A stretch of DNA of 64,000 nt from a virus: positions 1 through 64,000 of IMG/VR virus record IMGVR_UViG_3300025880_000012. The stretch is one strand, 5' to 3'. Below, in pieces: positions 47,361-58,879 of the stretch. The stretch's first letter is position 1; every line of letters begins with the position of its first letter. The position numbers and the translations under genes were made by a program. The notes below the pieces were generated by a model that saw only the letters and a list, made by a program, of their open reading frames with translations, was not told where the DNA came from and searched no databases.

Positions 47361-50300
47361 CTATACTTCAATTAAATCAAATTTATCAGGATTGTATTCA
47401 ATTGCAATCACTTCAAACTTTAGGCCATTAATTTCTTTCAAATTTTTGATTTGATATTGCATTGGAGCAATTTCAGAATTGTTAACTTCTTTGATCATCC
47501 AGGTGAATCCAGGTCGAATACTGCTGTCAATTGCATTCTTCAAATTAATACTAAAAACAGAACTAGTAGATTGTACTTCATGATTTTCGAACTGTGGTGA
47601 TCTATCATCAGCCATTTCTCCTTCGTCTGTTAAACATTGAATAGATAAAGATTTCAACCCACTCGGCAGAGTAGAAACAGGGATGTCAATTTCGATTGTT
47701 TTTCTATTCGAGCTAATTTTTAATATTTTACCAGAAGATTGCTTAGGGAGTTTGTTATTATCAATTACATTAATAACATCGCCAATTCTTAAATAAGATG
47801 CAGGTAAACCAGTTTCAAACTGAATTATTTCTTTTTGCATGTGAGTCGTTAATACTTTGCTTCTAGCCAAACGCAGAGCTTCTCCTTTTCGAGTGATAGA
47901 AATACCAGCAAGTTTAACGTGCACATAACCTACTTCAGAGATACTTTCATTGTCTTCAAAGTACTCACTTTTCAACCTATACTCATCACGTTCATCTAGA
48001 TAATCTACCGTACAAGCCGAAAGTCTTTCTGTTTTAGGTGTACTCGAGTAACTAAAGCCAGATTCAGTGACATTTGAATTGTTGAATATCATAATGGGAT
48101 CTCTTTTTAAATCATCAGATATATAAATTTTCCCACCACTAAAGTTTAGTGTAGCATTATATAGATTTAGTAAACTTTTAATATACTCATAAGCTGGTTT
48201 TTGTTGGTCAATATATAGGTTGCACATAAACCTTCTTTCTTTATAAGTCCTACTTTCCAAAGTAGTTGTAACTGGTTCATCAGCTAATTTTGAAAAACGT
48301 AAAAAAGAAAACTCGTCAATATCTTCTTTCTTGATTCCATATTTACCTAATCCATAAATTGGATTAATTAATAAATCATATATAACCCATGCTGGGTTAC
48401 TAGTCCATTCTAGTGAATCTTTGAAGAAGTCAGTGTCATCAACATGAATTCCATATGTGCCAGTGCTTGCATCATAAAACGAAGGAATATTGACAAGTTT
48501 ACCTTTTACAACAAATTCTCTTTTAGGTATGTCTGGTAAGTCTTTAGAGTTAGTTCTCATTGCAAATAATGCTGTATTGGGATATGAGAAATACCCTCCT
48601 ATATATTCAGTTGCAGCAAATAATTCAGTATCCATCTTAAATCGAGCTTCCATTATTCCATATTGAACAGGGTCCATCTCCCTGGTAAGCCTATAAACTT
48701 TGATAACTCTTTTTTTAATATTTTTGGGATCACTTTTGTGATCTAATTCTGGGAAGTTTTTAATATATACATCTTTTATAAAGGGGGATGTTGAACATCC
48801 AGATGCAGTAAATGTATAGCTTTTCCAATTCTCGGGAGGATCTCCTTCTATACCGTATTCTATTTTGAACATTATTTTAGCAGGCCAAATTTCACCGCTG
48901 TTTTTAATTATGTTACCAACCTTAAAGCATAAAAAGCTAGGACAAGGAACTTTACTAGCTATAGCAAAGCCAAGTACTCCCCCAATTAACTGCAAGCCAA
49001 ATGCCATAAGTTCACCAGCAAATTCAGAAGTTTTAGATATCTTGCTAGCATGAGATAAACTTGGTGCATTAACTCCAAAACCAGGTCCACCAGTTACAGC
49101 TGTACCACAAGCGGGACCAGTGTTACCCGCATTCGTTTGAGCTTGAGGGTCAGGAGCTAAACCTCCAAGCATTTCGATTAACTTGCCAGTACCAATATAA
49201 CCCAAAATAGCTCCAATTATTGGCATTAAATTTAAGGTTACTATTTCTTCATCTCCTTCATAAATATAATGCAATTCATTAATTTTAAATGACAAAGCCA
49301 CCATAGATATATCAGGGTTAGAGACTGTATGAGTATAGTAGTAGTCGCGCTCCCCATGATTTCTAGGGCCATACAAAGGGTAGTTTATTACTTTAGTTTG
49401 TGCGGGCAGCCTAAATTCTTCATTTTCTAATAATGGTTTTTTAAGCTGTTCGGGTAATGCAGCTAACACTGTGCTGTTCAAATTATTAATGTCAGACATT
49501 TTACTTTGATTGCCATTTTGAAAGAAACCGCACGAAATATTAAAATCTAGTTTTGAAAAATTAAATCTTCCAGTATGATCTCTAATAGGTGTGTCATTGA
49601 GAAACACACTGTACGCCCAAGAAAAAGAATCAAGTTCAGTAGAAGTGTCAGCCGTAATAGAATTGGAAGTAATTCGAGTAGTAAATGAGAGGTCTATATC
49701 TTTATCTTCTATACCGTATCCGGAAGCAGTATGATTTGGGTCAATAGTTAACTTGGTTATTGCTCCATCTGAATTTGTAGATATAAAAAACCTAATTTCA
49801 CTAGACTCATCTTCAAATGGCAAATCATCAAAAAGATTACCAATCTCAAAATCCCTCGAAAAACCCATCCCTGGGCGTAGCATCTGAATTCTAGAGAGCT
49901 TGCCGAAATTATCACCTTTAAGAGAATCGGCGGAGATATTAAGAATGAGATCTTGCTTCATCATATTGCATCCTGGCCAAAGAAGGCGTGAGTCATTATT
50001 AGGAGCTGAATTGGAAAATGATAGATCGGATTCGTTAAAAAAACCTAATTGAGCATTTGCTCGGTATTTAGTCCTAGATGAAAACCCAGAAGAATAATTC
50101 AACTGCGCAGAAGTTACAGCTCCTATATTTGTGTCCTGAAATAGAACTCCATTTAATAAAGATAATTCTGACTGAGCCATAATTAAATGAACACATAATT
50201 CATCTTGATCATGAGTAATATCATTAAATGAAGCTAACTGGTAACCTGGGTCAACAACTTTAATTGAATCAATAGCACCCAGTTCATCAGTAAGAACCAG

Positions 50301-53300
50301 TGCTTTAAAGCAGCTTAATTCTAATTGTGAGAAGAAGCCAGATCTTCTAGTAGAAGCGTTTCTGTCAAATGCATTATTAAAATTACTATTAGTCCTCCAC
50401 CATGATTCCTGGGCGGATGTGCTGGTAAAATTTGGAGGAACTTTTTGTAGTTGCTCTGGAGACTTACCAGTCTTTGCAATAAATCCATATATATAAAATG
50501 CACTTTTAGGTTGATAGCCTCGATTAGATCCAGACCCAAGGGAAGATAAAGTGATGCTTTGTACTCCCATTAATTTATTGAAAACTTTAATTCTTGAACG
50601 ATTAAAAACTTGTTCTCCTTTTTTAGTGAAATAACCCGCACCTGCTGCACCACGTGTTGCACCTGTTATTCTTCCTGTAAAAAAACCAGAGTTACTTACA
50701 GCTATAGAGTTAATAGAAGTAGTATAGCGGCCTGAAGAATTTAGAGATATAAATTCAGGTGTAAAATCTATTCTAGCTTTACTAGAAGGTTCTGCGAGTT
50801 GATCGTTGTTTGATAGATCTTTTCTGTCTACAGATAAAGAAAATTTGCTTCGACCATTAACTATATTATTAGGCATAATGCCTTGAGCAACTTTTTGAGT
50901 AGCTCCTCTGGATAAATTCGGTCGCGATTGATTTCTAACATATGTTGCATAGTTACTATGAATATCGTCTGGAAAGACTTGTTTGAGATCTCCACTAGAA
51001 CTAAACTCAATGAGCACATCTTGATACTGATTACTGGAATCAATTTTCAATAAAATGCCGAAATCTTGATAAGAAGGACTATTGACTTTTACACTGTTTT
51101 GTTCGGATGAATTAGATAAATTAAAGGGAGCTGGGCGTTCATGAGTAAATGGGTGAATAGGTGTCCACATACCTTCGCCTTCATTTCCATTAGGATCCCA
51201 CACTGGGTTATCTGGTACATTGGTAATAAAAATTTTATCAATTCTTCCTAAATCTGATATAGCACAAAAACAATCTATTCGAGATAGGCAATATTGAGGT
51301 AGGGTTGTATCAGCAAAGCCTATATTATATAACCTAAAGACCATAACTTCAGCTCGGTAGAGTAAGTTATTATTATAAAAGCCACGGCTATATCTATCCA
51401 CATTAGCTCCAATACTAGAGAAAAAATCAGATGCATCAATATCAATAAACTCAATTACATCGTCATCTAGTAAAGTATGCTCTAAGGTATTGATGCCGTC
51501 ATCTATGATTGTTAAGTTGTCAAGTTTCCACGCATCGCGTTTATTATACATATATGCGGGAGAACCGTTAATTGCATTACTTAATGTGGAACCAACTCCT
51601 GGTATTATTTTGATCTGTCGAGGTGAATGGTTGGCTCCTTCGGCATCTTTAGTTGTAGTGATGGTTGCTCGCTCAAATGAAAAGTTTGGTTTATTTAATT
51701 GACTGCGAATAAGTTCTTGAGCTTTGTTTATAAAATCATTAGCAAACGATGCATTGCGTAAAAATAATGAAACGGGGGCAGTTTTATTTCCGAAGCCAAT
51801 ATTTGTAGTTGTTGATGTATTGCCAGGGTCATCAGTTAAGTTAAATGTATTATTTCCAGCGAACACACTAAAAGCATTAATTTTAGCAAATAAACCACCA
51901 ATTTGTTCGCCCGAGCTATCGAAGCCTCGTTGAGGATAATCAATCATGTAACTATATCGATTAGATAAAAAGCTAGTAGGTCTTGCATTATCTGGAGTAA
52001 AAATATCGCCAAAGCTATCAGTGAAATTAACAGCCGTATTATTTACATTCGAAAATCTATTAAAGCAATTACTATGAATATTTTCTCTCGTACCAAATAC
52101 AGTAGTAGTACTAATGGTGATTGTTTTTTGATAAAGTAATGCAGACAATGGAACTTCCAAAAAAACTACGGTACGCATTTTTTGTCGAGATAGAAATTGT
52201 CTAGTACAACGACGAGAGAAAAAAGAGCTAAAGTCTTGATGCCAGGTAGGTTCACTACTTAAATCACTGAAACTACCATTGAGGTTTTGTACCCTCCATT
52301 TAAGATCTCCAGTCCACAACACCATAGTAATAGTTATACTATTAATATCTGATGCAGTTAAAGAGTCCCCTCGAATATCAGCATAAGGTCGAAGCATACC
52401 CTTCAATTTACTAGAGGTAAATCTATTATCATTATTTAAAGAATCAATAATAAAATCAATATCATCATCCATGTAAGTTTGGAGGGCGGGGTCTGTGTGA
52501 GCAGAAACAGAGGTTGCAAATCCAAAATCCAAGCAGTAAGGTGCAGAAGACCTTTGTCTTTCTGCATTCGATATAGCTTCTTGTTCACGAAATTTAAAAT
52601 CTAAGTGAGGCGGAGAATTATCGGGAGTAATATTAATTCGAATATCCTCATCTATAGAGGAACTCAAAGAATTACCAAGGTTGATTAAGTTTTTAAACTC
52701 TTCACTATTAGACATAGATTCTATGTCTAGCTCTAATGGGTTTTCAGTTTCCACGCGTAACAATTGAGACCATTTGTGAAACCTTTCGACAGTTAAGCCA
52801 AAATCTCGACTGAATTGAGCTATTTCATTTGGTTCAGTGGGCATAGAATAAAAATTTTCTAAGTCAAAAACTGGAATGTGTTGATATACTGAATTTCCAT
52901 TTGTGTCTATAAAGTTAGAAGGTAGCCCAACATTAGAGCCTCCAGCCCAATTAGGGAATGATGAGCCATTACTTCTAAATTGATTTAAGGATAGAACTCC
53001 AAGATGAGGAATGCCTGCGACTAAAGGAGTCCTAATCGTAAAACCAGATTCTATTGCGCCTGAAGTCATTAAGAGAGAGCTTATACTGCTCGCAGGTATA
53101 CCCGGATTTGCTGTTAAAAATAGTTGCTTCGTTGTCTCCCAAGCATTAGATAACTGATGTACATAAAAACTGAAGTTAACTCTATTGTGAGCATAATATT
53201 TATCAATCATATTAAAGGTATCTGTTGAGTTGTTATGTTTATGCTCTAGTAATACATAAGTTTTTTCTTTTGATGTAATCGATGCAACTCCTAACGAAGC

Positions 53301-54821
53301 ACTATCAAGAACCAGATCAGGGTCTGCAGAAGGGTCTATAGAGCTTTCTGAGAAAGATGCATTTTCAACAGATAAAGGTTCATCAAATAAAATTTCTAAA
53401 TCCTGAGAATTATTGCTAGCAGGTTCATTACCTATAATTACATGATTATTGAGATTAGCAGGATAGGTAGATCCAGTCTCATTGATCCCAATGTCGAAAG
53501 AAGGATTATCTTTATTAATTTCAGATGTAGGTAGCAATTTGTTATGTTTTTTTGAAAAACTTATAGTTTTGAAATTTGCAGAATTATCAACAGATGATAA
53601 TAATTGAGCATTAGTGCTATAACCTAAGCATATTTCTCCATGATCATTAGAGAATGCGAGTGTAGTAGAATCAAAGCTAGAGTCTTTAGTTACTGGGAGA
53701 GCTAAACCAGCAATAGGTCCTTCAGATATAATATCTAAATTTCTATAAATACCTATTGATTCTAATTTAGTGTAATTTCCTCGAGAGCCAATTCTAGAGC
53801 GTGTAATTCTTGGGTCTTCGCTTGGGTTACCATCATCAACTAAAGCAAAACAAGACTCACTAGAAGATTGAGGCCTCAAAAAAGAATCTAGATCACCATC
53901 ATTAGGAAAGATGTAAGGTTTTGATCCATCATTACTACCATTATCGAGATAACTTTGAGTTGAACCATAAGTAGAAGCTTTTGATGAAGATGGTCCTAGA
54001 GATAATTTTCCTCCACCTTTAGATGGTTCAGAAGAATAATGGGAATTATAACTATCATTACCTTGATCAGATTTAAACATTTTTGCGGCAGCTCCAGCGA
54101 TGGAGTGTGACAATAGAGATCTCTTACTGGGATCATCAGGATTATTACTGGGTTTGATTATTTGATCATTAGATACTTCATCTGTATCTAGAATTGAAAA
54201 ATTATTAACGGTTGATAATTGATGAATGTTTTTATCAAAGTTAAAAGTTTTACTAGGATTATCGGTGAAAATATTAGCATTAATTTTTGGAGGTTTCAAA
54301 ATAGTAGCCGAGTCATAATCAAACTCAAAATTAGAAATGTTAGAATTAATTACTAAGCTACCAACTTTTAATTGACCGTAAATAATAGGAATGGGAATAC
54401 CTTGCTCAGTGCGATTTTCATTAGAAGAATATAGCCACGAATTGGTTGTAATAATTTCATACTCTTTACCACTTGATTTGACTGGGTTTAATTTATTGGC
54501 TAACTTTTGCATACCATAGCCCATCAATGCATTCATGGCGAAGCCCAGGATTGGGCCGCCAGCTTGACCTTCTAATTTAGGGTATACATGATAAGAGTTT
54601 TGATTTAAAATCAAATCAGAACAATAAGCATCTAAATGATTTTTTTTATCATCAATAAAAATGAAATTACCACCTTTATATATCTTATTAATAAAGTATT
54701 TTCTAAATTCAGGAAATTTACCAAAGCAGTACTCGAAAAAACTTCTTACACTATAACAATCTACATCAACTGTATGACCAATGTAACGAGCTAATTCCCC
54801 ATGAATAATAAATTTTTTCAT
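47361..54821 (-). CDS. tail tip protein, lambda gpI-gpJ-like fusion with large insertion
   Basis: gpI-like start and QGIPIPIIYGQLKVGS; ISEGPIAGL; YPNTAL; WTSNPAWVIYDLL..PIYGLG; FNNSNV..GFSY; IAIEYNPDKF. Confidence 0.85.
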   Translation of the reverse strand: MKKFIIHGELARYIGHTVDVDCYSVRSFFEYCFGKFPEFRKYFINKIYKGGNFIFIDDKKNHLDAYCSDLILNQNSYHVYPKLEGQAGGPILGFAMNALMGYGMQKLANKLNPVKSSGKEYEIITTNSWLYSSNENRTEQGIPIPIIYGQLKVGSLVINSNISNFEFDYDSATILKPPKINANIFTDNPSKTFNFDKNIHQLSTVNNFSILDTDEVSNDQIIKPSNNPDDPSKRSLLSHSIAGAAAKMFKSDQGNDSYNSHYSSEPSKGGGKLSLGPSSSKASTYGSTQSYLDNGSNDGSKPYIFPNDGDLDSFLRPQSSSESCFALVDDGNPSEDPRITRSRIGSRGNYTKLESIGIYRNLDIISEGPIAGLALPVTKDSSFDSTTLAFSNDHGEICLGYSTNAQLLSSVDNSANFKTISFSKKHNKLLPTSEINKDNPSFDIGINETGSTYPANLNNHVIIGNEPASNNSQDLEILFDEPLSVENASFSESSIDPSADPDLVLDSASLGVASITSKEKTYVLLEHKHNNSTDTFNMIDKYYAHNRVNFSFYVHQLSNAWETTKQLFLTANPGIPASSISSLLMTSGAIESGFTIRTPLVAGIPHLGVLSLNQFRSNGSSFPNWAGGSNVGLPSNFIDTNGNSVYQHIPVFDLENFYSMPTEPNEIAQFSRDFGLTVERFHKWSQLLRVETENPLELDIESMSNSEEFKNLINLGNSLSSSIDEDIRINITPDNSPPHLDFKFREQEAISNAERQRSSAPYCLDFGFATSVSAHTDPALQTYMDDDIDFIIDSLNNDNRFTSSKLKGMLRPYADIRGDSLTASDINSITITMVLWTGDLKWRVQNLNGSFSDLSSEPTWHQDFSSFFSRRCTRQFLSRQKMRTVVFLEVPLSALLYQKTITISTTTVFGTRENIHSNCFNRFSNVNNTAVNFTDSFGDIFTPDNARPTSFLSNRYSYMIDYPQRGFDSSGEQIGGLFAKINAFSVFAGNNTFNLTDDPGNTSTTTNIGFGNKTAPVSLFLRNASFANDFINKAQELIRSQLNKPNFSFERATITTTKDAEGANHSPRQIKIIPGVGSTLSNAINGSPAYMYNKRDAWKLDNLTIIDDGINTLEHTLLDDDVIEFIDIDASDFFSSIGANVDRYSRGFYNNNLLYRAEVMVFRLYNIGFADTTLPQYCLSRIDCFCAISDLGRIDKIFITNVPDNPVWDPNGNEGEGMWTPIHPFTHERPAPFNLSNSSEQNSVKVNSPSYQDFGILLKIDSSNQYQDVLIEFSSSGDLKQVFPDDIHSNYATYVRNQSRPNLSRGATQKVAQGIMPNNIVNGRSKFSLSVDRKDLSNNDQLAEPSSKARIDFTPEFISLNSSGRYTTSINSIAVSNSGFFTGRITGATRGAAGAGYFTKKGEQVFNRSRIKVFNKLMGVQSITLSSLGSGSNRGYQPKSAFYIYGFIAKTGKSPEQLQKVPPNFTSTSAQESWWRTNSNFNNAFDRNASTRRSGFFSQLELSCFKALVLTDELGAIDSIKVVDPGYQLASFNDITHDQDELCVHLIMAQSELSLLNGVLFQDTNIGAVTSAQLNYSSGFSSRTKYRANAQLGFFNESDLSFSNSAPNNDSRLLWPGCNMMKQDLILNISADSLKGDNFGKLSRIQMLRPGMGFSRDFEIGNLFDDLPFEDESSEIRFFISTNSDGAITKLTIDPNHTASGYGIEDKDIDLSFTTRITSNSITADTSTELDSFSWAYSVFLNDTPIRDHTGRFNFSKLDFNISCGFFQNGNQSKMSDINNLNSTVLAALPEQLKKPLLENEEFRLPAQTKVINYPLYGPRNHGERDYYYTHTVSNPDISMVALSFKINELHYIYEGDEEIVTLNLMPIIGAILGYIGTGKLIEMLGGLAPDPQAQTNAGNTGPACGTAVTGGPGFGVNAPSLSHASKISKTSEFAGELMAFGLQLIGGVLGFAIASKVPCPSFLCFKVGNIIKNSGEIWPAKIMFKIEYGIEGDPPENWKSYTFTASGCSTSPFIKDVYIKNFPELDHKSDPKNIKKRVIKVYRLTREMDPVQYGIMEARFKMDTELFAATEYIGGYFSYPNTALFAMRTNSKDLPDIPKREFVVKGKLVNIPSFYDASTGTYGIHVDDTDFFKDSLEWTSNPAWVIYDLLINPIYGLGKYGIKKEDIDEFSFLRFSKLADEPVTTTLESRTYKERRFMCNLYIDQQKPAYEYIKSLLNLYNATLNFSGGKIYISDDLKRDPIMIFNNSNVTESGFSYSSTPKTERLSACTVDYLDERDEYRLKSEYFEDNESISEVGYVHVKLAGISITRKGEALRLARSKVLTTHMQKEIIQFETGLPASYLRIGDVINVIDNNKLPKQSSGKILKISSNRKTIEIDIPVSTLPSGLKSLSIQCLTDEGEMADDRSPQFENHEVQSTSSVFSINLKNAIDSSIRPGFTWMIKEVNNSEIAPMQYQIKNLKEINGLKFEVIAIEYNPDKFDLIEV

Positions 54822-55552
54822 AAATCCTTGTACCTATATACTTTATACACTTTATTTAAAAGTTCAGGGCTAATAAATTCAGAAATTGGGTATCCATAGA
54901 CTGGGTGATGAAAGACTAAACTATCGTCAACAATACCTATATGAGGATAAATAGAAACATTGGGCTGAAAAACTAATAAATCGCCATTCTGGACATTTTT
55001 AATAGAAGATTCGACGAAGTATTCATCGAGATGAAAAATAAGTTGATTTAATGAATTTGATTCATTTCTAGACCAATTAATATTATAACCCTGTAAATTG
55101 ATATTAAATTTATTCAAAAGATAATCTTTTACATATATAATACAATCTTGAAAGTAAGGAATAAACTGTCTACTTTTTAAATCTGTTGGCTCATAGTTAT
55201 TAGGGTAATATAAAAATCTATGGCGGTTACTGACATTAAAAATAAAAGAAGGTAAATTAAAAGAATTAGCTGACTCTATATCTAGCTCACTGGGATAATT
55301 ATCTTTTATATGACTATGAAAAAGAGAGACAACTAGATTTTCTGAATACATAGTGTAAAAAGATGGATCAGAACTCGTGAATGAATGTGGGTCAATTAAG
55401 TTTTCATTAGCTACTTTAGAAAAGCATAGGTTTGAATCTTGTGAATTTAAATAAAAAAAACCACATACTTCAGTATCGGGAGAAGATAAAGCATAACGAA
55501 AGCACTGTTGAAATGCTTGTTTATGCTGGCCAAGATCCAGGAAATCCTCCAA
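54818..55552 (-). CDS. tail assembly protein K-like (JAB/MPN + NlpC/P60)
   Basis: EVCG, HSH..PSELD, QDC, PHIGI...HH. Confidence 0.85.
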   Translation of the reverse strand: MEDFLDLGQHKQAFQQCFRYALSSPDTEVCGFFYLNSQDSNLCFSKVANENLIDPHSFTSSDPSFYTMYSENLVVSLFHSHIKDNYPSELDIESANSFNLPSFIFNVSNRHRFLYYPNNYEPTDLKSRQFIPYFQDCIIYVKDYLLNKFNINLQGYNINWSRNESNSLNQLIFHLDEYFVESSIKNVQNGDLLVFQPNVSIYPHIGIVDDSLVFHHPVYGYPISEFISPELLNKVYKVYRYKDL

Positions 55553-56414
55553 AAGGTAACCCTCTATTCAATTCTGTATTACTAAACCTAAGCCGACAAC
55601 CTTTTAAGTTTTTTGAACATGCATCTTTTACCCATTTTTTAGGGTGAGTAATCGGACTTTCTCCAGCTGTCGTGTTTGAGGTGCAAACGAAGATTTTTTT
55701 TTCAGCAGCACCATTATCTATAAAAACATAATCCCTAACGGCATATGTTCTGGTGTCTAAATAAGCTCCTTGATTATTGAGGTTTGTAAATTGATTAGTA
55801 TTATTTGATTCATCTGCAACAGGAGCACCACCGTAACCACATCCATGCTCACTCCTATATTTCCACTGACATACATTGTAAACTATTTTGCGAGCTGGAA
55901 TAAGTCCACCCTCCTTCTCAAAAGCGGAGACAAGCTCAAATTCAATGGTTTGAGTATTCTCTACATTTTTTTTGTTTATAATGTATGTCTCTTGAGGGTA
56001 AGAAGATTCATTACCAGAGCCAAAAGGGTTCACTCCATTAGGGAAATTAGATCCATCGAGAAAGCGCACAAAAGTTTTGATACGTACTATCTTAAAGCCA
56101 GTAAAATTATCAAAGTGATTCGAGCGTAAACTAAAATAGCTGTCAGAATTATCAAATCTTAATGTTGGTCGAGGTAAAGTTTCATCAACATAATCAAAAC
56201 CTGATGCAGACAAAGGTACATAAAGGTATTCATCTTTATTGCTTGAGGTGCCACCATAACGTATATTGTGTTTGTATCCGTTCTCTCCACCGTGAAATTT
56301 ATAAAAACCTATAGAACTACCATTTTTATCTTTTAACTCTAAATTATATAAGCTAATCGGAGTAGATGGATCTACATCCATAATCGCTTGCTTTATATCT
56401 TCATTGAAAGCCAT
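55521..56414 (-). CDS. minor tail protein L-like
   Basis: LPRPTL, RFLDGSNF, IEFELVS, CQWKYR..CGY, CSKNLKGCRLRF, LPFGGFPG. Confidence 0.9.
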   Translation of the reverse strand: MAFNEDIKQAIMDVDPSTPISLYNLELKDKNGSSIGFYKFHGGENGYKHNIRYGGTSSNKDEYLYVPLSASGFDYVDETLPRPTLRFDNSDSYFSLRSNHFDNFTGFKIVRIKTFVRFLDGSNFPNGVNPFGSGNESSYPQETYIINKKNVENTQTIEFELVSAFEKEGGLIPARKIVYNVCQWKYRSEHGCGYGGAPVADESNNTNQFTNLNNQGAYLDTRTYAVRDYVFIDNGAAEKKIFVCTSNTTAGESPITHPKKWVKDACSKNLKGCRLRFSNTELNRGLPFGGFPGSWPA

Positions 56415-56431
56415 GATATATTATATGCGAA

Positions 56432-57682
56432 TTAAGATAAACATTCTATAAATGTTACATTAATATTGTGATTATTATAATAATTGAAGGTATGTGTCCA
56501 TTCCGGGCAATAAAAATATAGTATTTTATTTTTATGATCTGAGTTATAATTAGGATTATTGTTAGATATGTAATCGCTATTTACATGGAAGGCAAATTTT
56601 TTGTAGCCTAAATGATGTTCTAGAAATAACAAGATACGCTTGGCTTCTATATTTGACCTATTGTTAAATTGAAGATTTAAATTGCATAAATTGGGATTAA
56701 AGCCATATTTTGTGTATCGTTGAGAAGTTTCATCAAGATTTGCATTTTTATATTTTGGAGAAAAATCTATTGTAGTGGAGTAACTAGGATTAAAATCGAA
56801 GATTTTATTATCTAAATACTCACTCGCAACCCTAGGGGCATAAGGATAGAAAGAGCATTCATTAGGGTTATCAATAAAAATTGAATGTCGGTGTTGATTG
56901 TTTTCAATTAAACCATCACTATAACTATAGCTTGAAGGGTGCTCGCTTGTGGATTGTATGCTGGCTATTGATGTCGAATTATTATTGATAGTTAATGAAG
57001 AATCATTTACTTTAAAAGATCTATATGTGTCTTTTTCATATAAATAGTTGCCCTTTTGTAAAGATATAGCAAGTCGCACATCATCCGTAGATGTATTTTT
57101 AACAGTAAAAATATGTTTTCCATCTTCAGTAGAATCTGAATGATGTCCATGCAAACTTGAAATGTCGCCAGGAATAGTCTCAATACAATTTAATTTATAT
57201 TCAGACATAAGTTGTCTAGATCGAGTAGTAAAAACATTCGGGTCAATAGAATCTAAGATTGTATTATTTACAGAAATAAATTCAGCTGAAACATCATTGA
57301 CATTAAAGTTATTAGTACTCGAAGAGTACCGCAAGCAATTAAAGTGATTTGTTTTATATGGATAAAATGGAGAGTATAAAAATGCATCTAAGCGTTTATT
57401 ATCAAATGTAGGTCTACCTTGACTATCATTAGTAGTTGATTGAGCTTCATATTGAAATTGATTTTCAATAAAAGAAATTAATTCTCTTGATTCAATATTA
57501 GTTAACTGAGGGAAATTTAAATTCAACTTCATAGTTAATGAATTAATACCTTTAGGTAAAACTTGTTTGAAGTTATTGGCAAAAGTTATAGACTCATTAA
57601 CAGAACTAAAAGATGCAGTACAACCAAAAGAAGGAAGGAGGTTTGGAAAACTAGAATTATTGCTTGGATTTTTTACATTCAT
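56432..57682 (-). CDS. minor tail protein M-like (two tandem domains)
   Basis: PSFG...KGIN...LNLNF and PSYS...YGFN...LNLQFNNR...FLEHHLG..F...CPEW. Confidence 0.7.
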   Translation of the reverse strand: MNVKNPSNNSSFPNLLPSFGCTASFSSVNESITFANNFKQVLPKGINSLTMKLNLNFPQLTNIESRELISFIENQFQYEAQSTTNDSQGRPTFDNKRLDAFLYSPFYPYKTNHFNCLRYSSSTNNFNVNDVSAEFISVNNTILDSIDPNVFTTRSRQLMSEYKLNCIETIPGDISSLHGHHSDSTEDGKHIFTVKNTSTDDVRLAISLQKGNYLYEKDTYRSFKVNDSSLTINNNSTSIASIQSTSEHPSSYSYSDGLIENNQHRHSIFIDNPNECSFYPYAPRVASEYLDNKIFDFNPSYSTTIDFSPKYKNANLDETSQRYTKYGFNPNLCNLNLQFNNRSNIEAKRILLFLEHHLGYKKFAFHVNSDYISNNNPNYNSDHKNKILYFYCPEWTHTFNYYNNHNINVTFIECLS

Positions 57683-58875
57683 TATCGTAATGTTTGGGAT
57701 GCACTCATTGACCCAACCAAATAACCTTGAGAATCAACACTCAATGATTTGGAGGTAATTGGGCCAAAGCAGCTAAATGTTTGAATAAGGCCGTCAGAAT
57801 TGTCGGAAAAGTTATCATACTCTAAATCTTTTAGTAAGATTTTTAAATTTGCATGTTGGGATCCATTTTCTTCAGAAATAATCGATGGATCAAGGTGCTC
57901 ACCCTCAATACTAACATTGATAACTGTATTGGTATTAGAAACCCTTTTAGGAATATTCATGAGATTTCTTTCAGAATCTATATTGCTAGAATCAGGAACT
58001 TGAAATGTAGCTGATCGATTGGAGGATATAGAATAAGAGCATGAAATCGGGTGTTCCATATCAAATTCCGTAGTACCTACAATCTTACTATTCTGGCCAT
58101 GAGCAATGGATTTGTGGTTCCTGTAATGAAACTGAGCATCACTAAAATATGATTCAGTTAAACTAGTATCATGGTCGATCTGACCATATATATCAAAATT
58201 AGCAGTAGCTTGAGATAAAGAATTAGGAGCAAGAGAAAAAGATAGGTTGTTTAAGTAAGCTCTACTAAAAGAAAAATCGCCTAAATTACCATGAACATTA
58301 CGCTCGTTGATTGGAGGGTGATCATTAACATTAAACATTCCAGTTAAATTAAAAAAACTATTTAAATTAGATGAATTGAAATAAAAATTAACATCTAAAG
58401 ATCCAAATGCAGGGCCTGTCGGTATGCTTTTAAAAATTGGATCAATATATCCATTTTGTATACTCGTTTCAGGAAGGGAAGTATTATCTTTACAGTATAA
58501 TTCAACTACATAATTATGTCCATCTGGAAAAACATCATGCTTAAAAAATAACTTTTTATTATTAGGAAAAATAATAGGAGTATCTTTAGGTATTTTATGT
58601 ATTGATGAAGCTAAAGGTTTAGGAGGTCCATTAGTTGGGCCCAAAACAGCAGAATAAGTTCTATCGGGGAATAATGTAAATGAAGTATAGGATAGCTCTG
58701 TAGACGTAGAGTTCGATTCTTGTAGCCTACAAATTTGAATTAAGTTATCATTTAACTGTCGCGCAGTCTCTGTTGGCTGATTAACTGATAAATTTGCGCT
58801 TTCAGCTAACAAATACTCTGTTTGAGATCCATTTGATAAGCGAATTGGGACATCTTCGTATGGTATAAATTTCAT
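57682..58875 (-). CDS. putative tail tube-like/distal tail protein
   Basis: Position between TMP and M; similar to 58880 (ATANFDIYG vs ANASIVVYG). Confidence 0.45.
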   Translation of the reverse strand: MKFIPYEDVPIRLSNGSQTEYLLAESANLSVNQPTETARQLNDNLIQICRLQESNSTSTELSYTSFTLFPDRTYSAVLGPTNGPPKPLASSIHKIPKDTPIIFPNNKKLFFKHDVFPDGHNYVVELYCKDNTSLPETSIQNGYIDPIFKSIPTGPAFGSLDVNFYFNSSNLNSFFNLTGMFNVNDHPPINERNVHGNLGDFSFSRAYLNNLSFSLAPNSLSQATANFDIYGQIDHDTSLTESYFSDAQFHYRNHKSIAHGQNSKIVGTTEFDMEHPISCSYSISSNRSATFQVPDSSNIDSERNLMNIPKRVSNTNTVINVSIEGEHLDPSIISEENGSQHANLKILLKDLEYDNFSDNSDGLIQTFSCFGPITSKSLSVDSQGYLVGSMSASQTLR

Positions 58876-58879
58876 TATT

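Noticed and set aside
49600-53700. Intein in the tail tip protein
   Set aside because: No C/S start, HN-C/S/T end or LAGLIDADG motifs recognised
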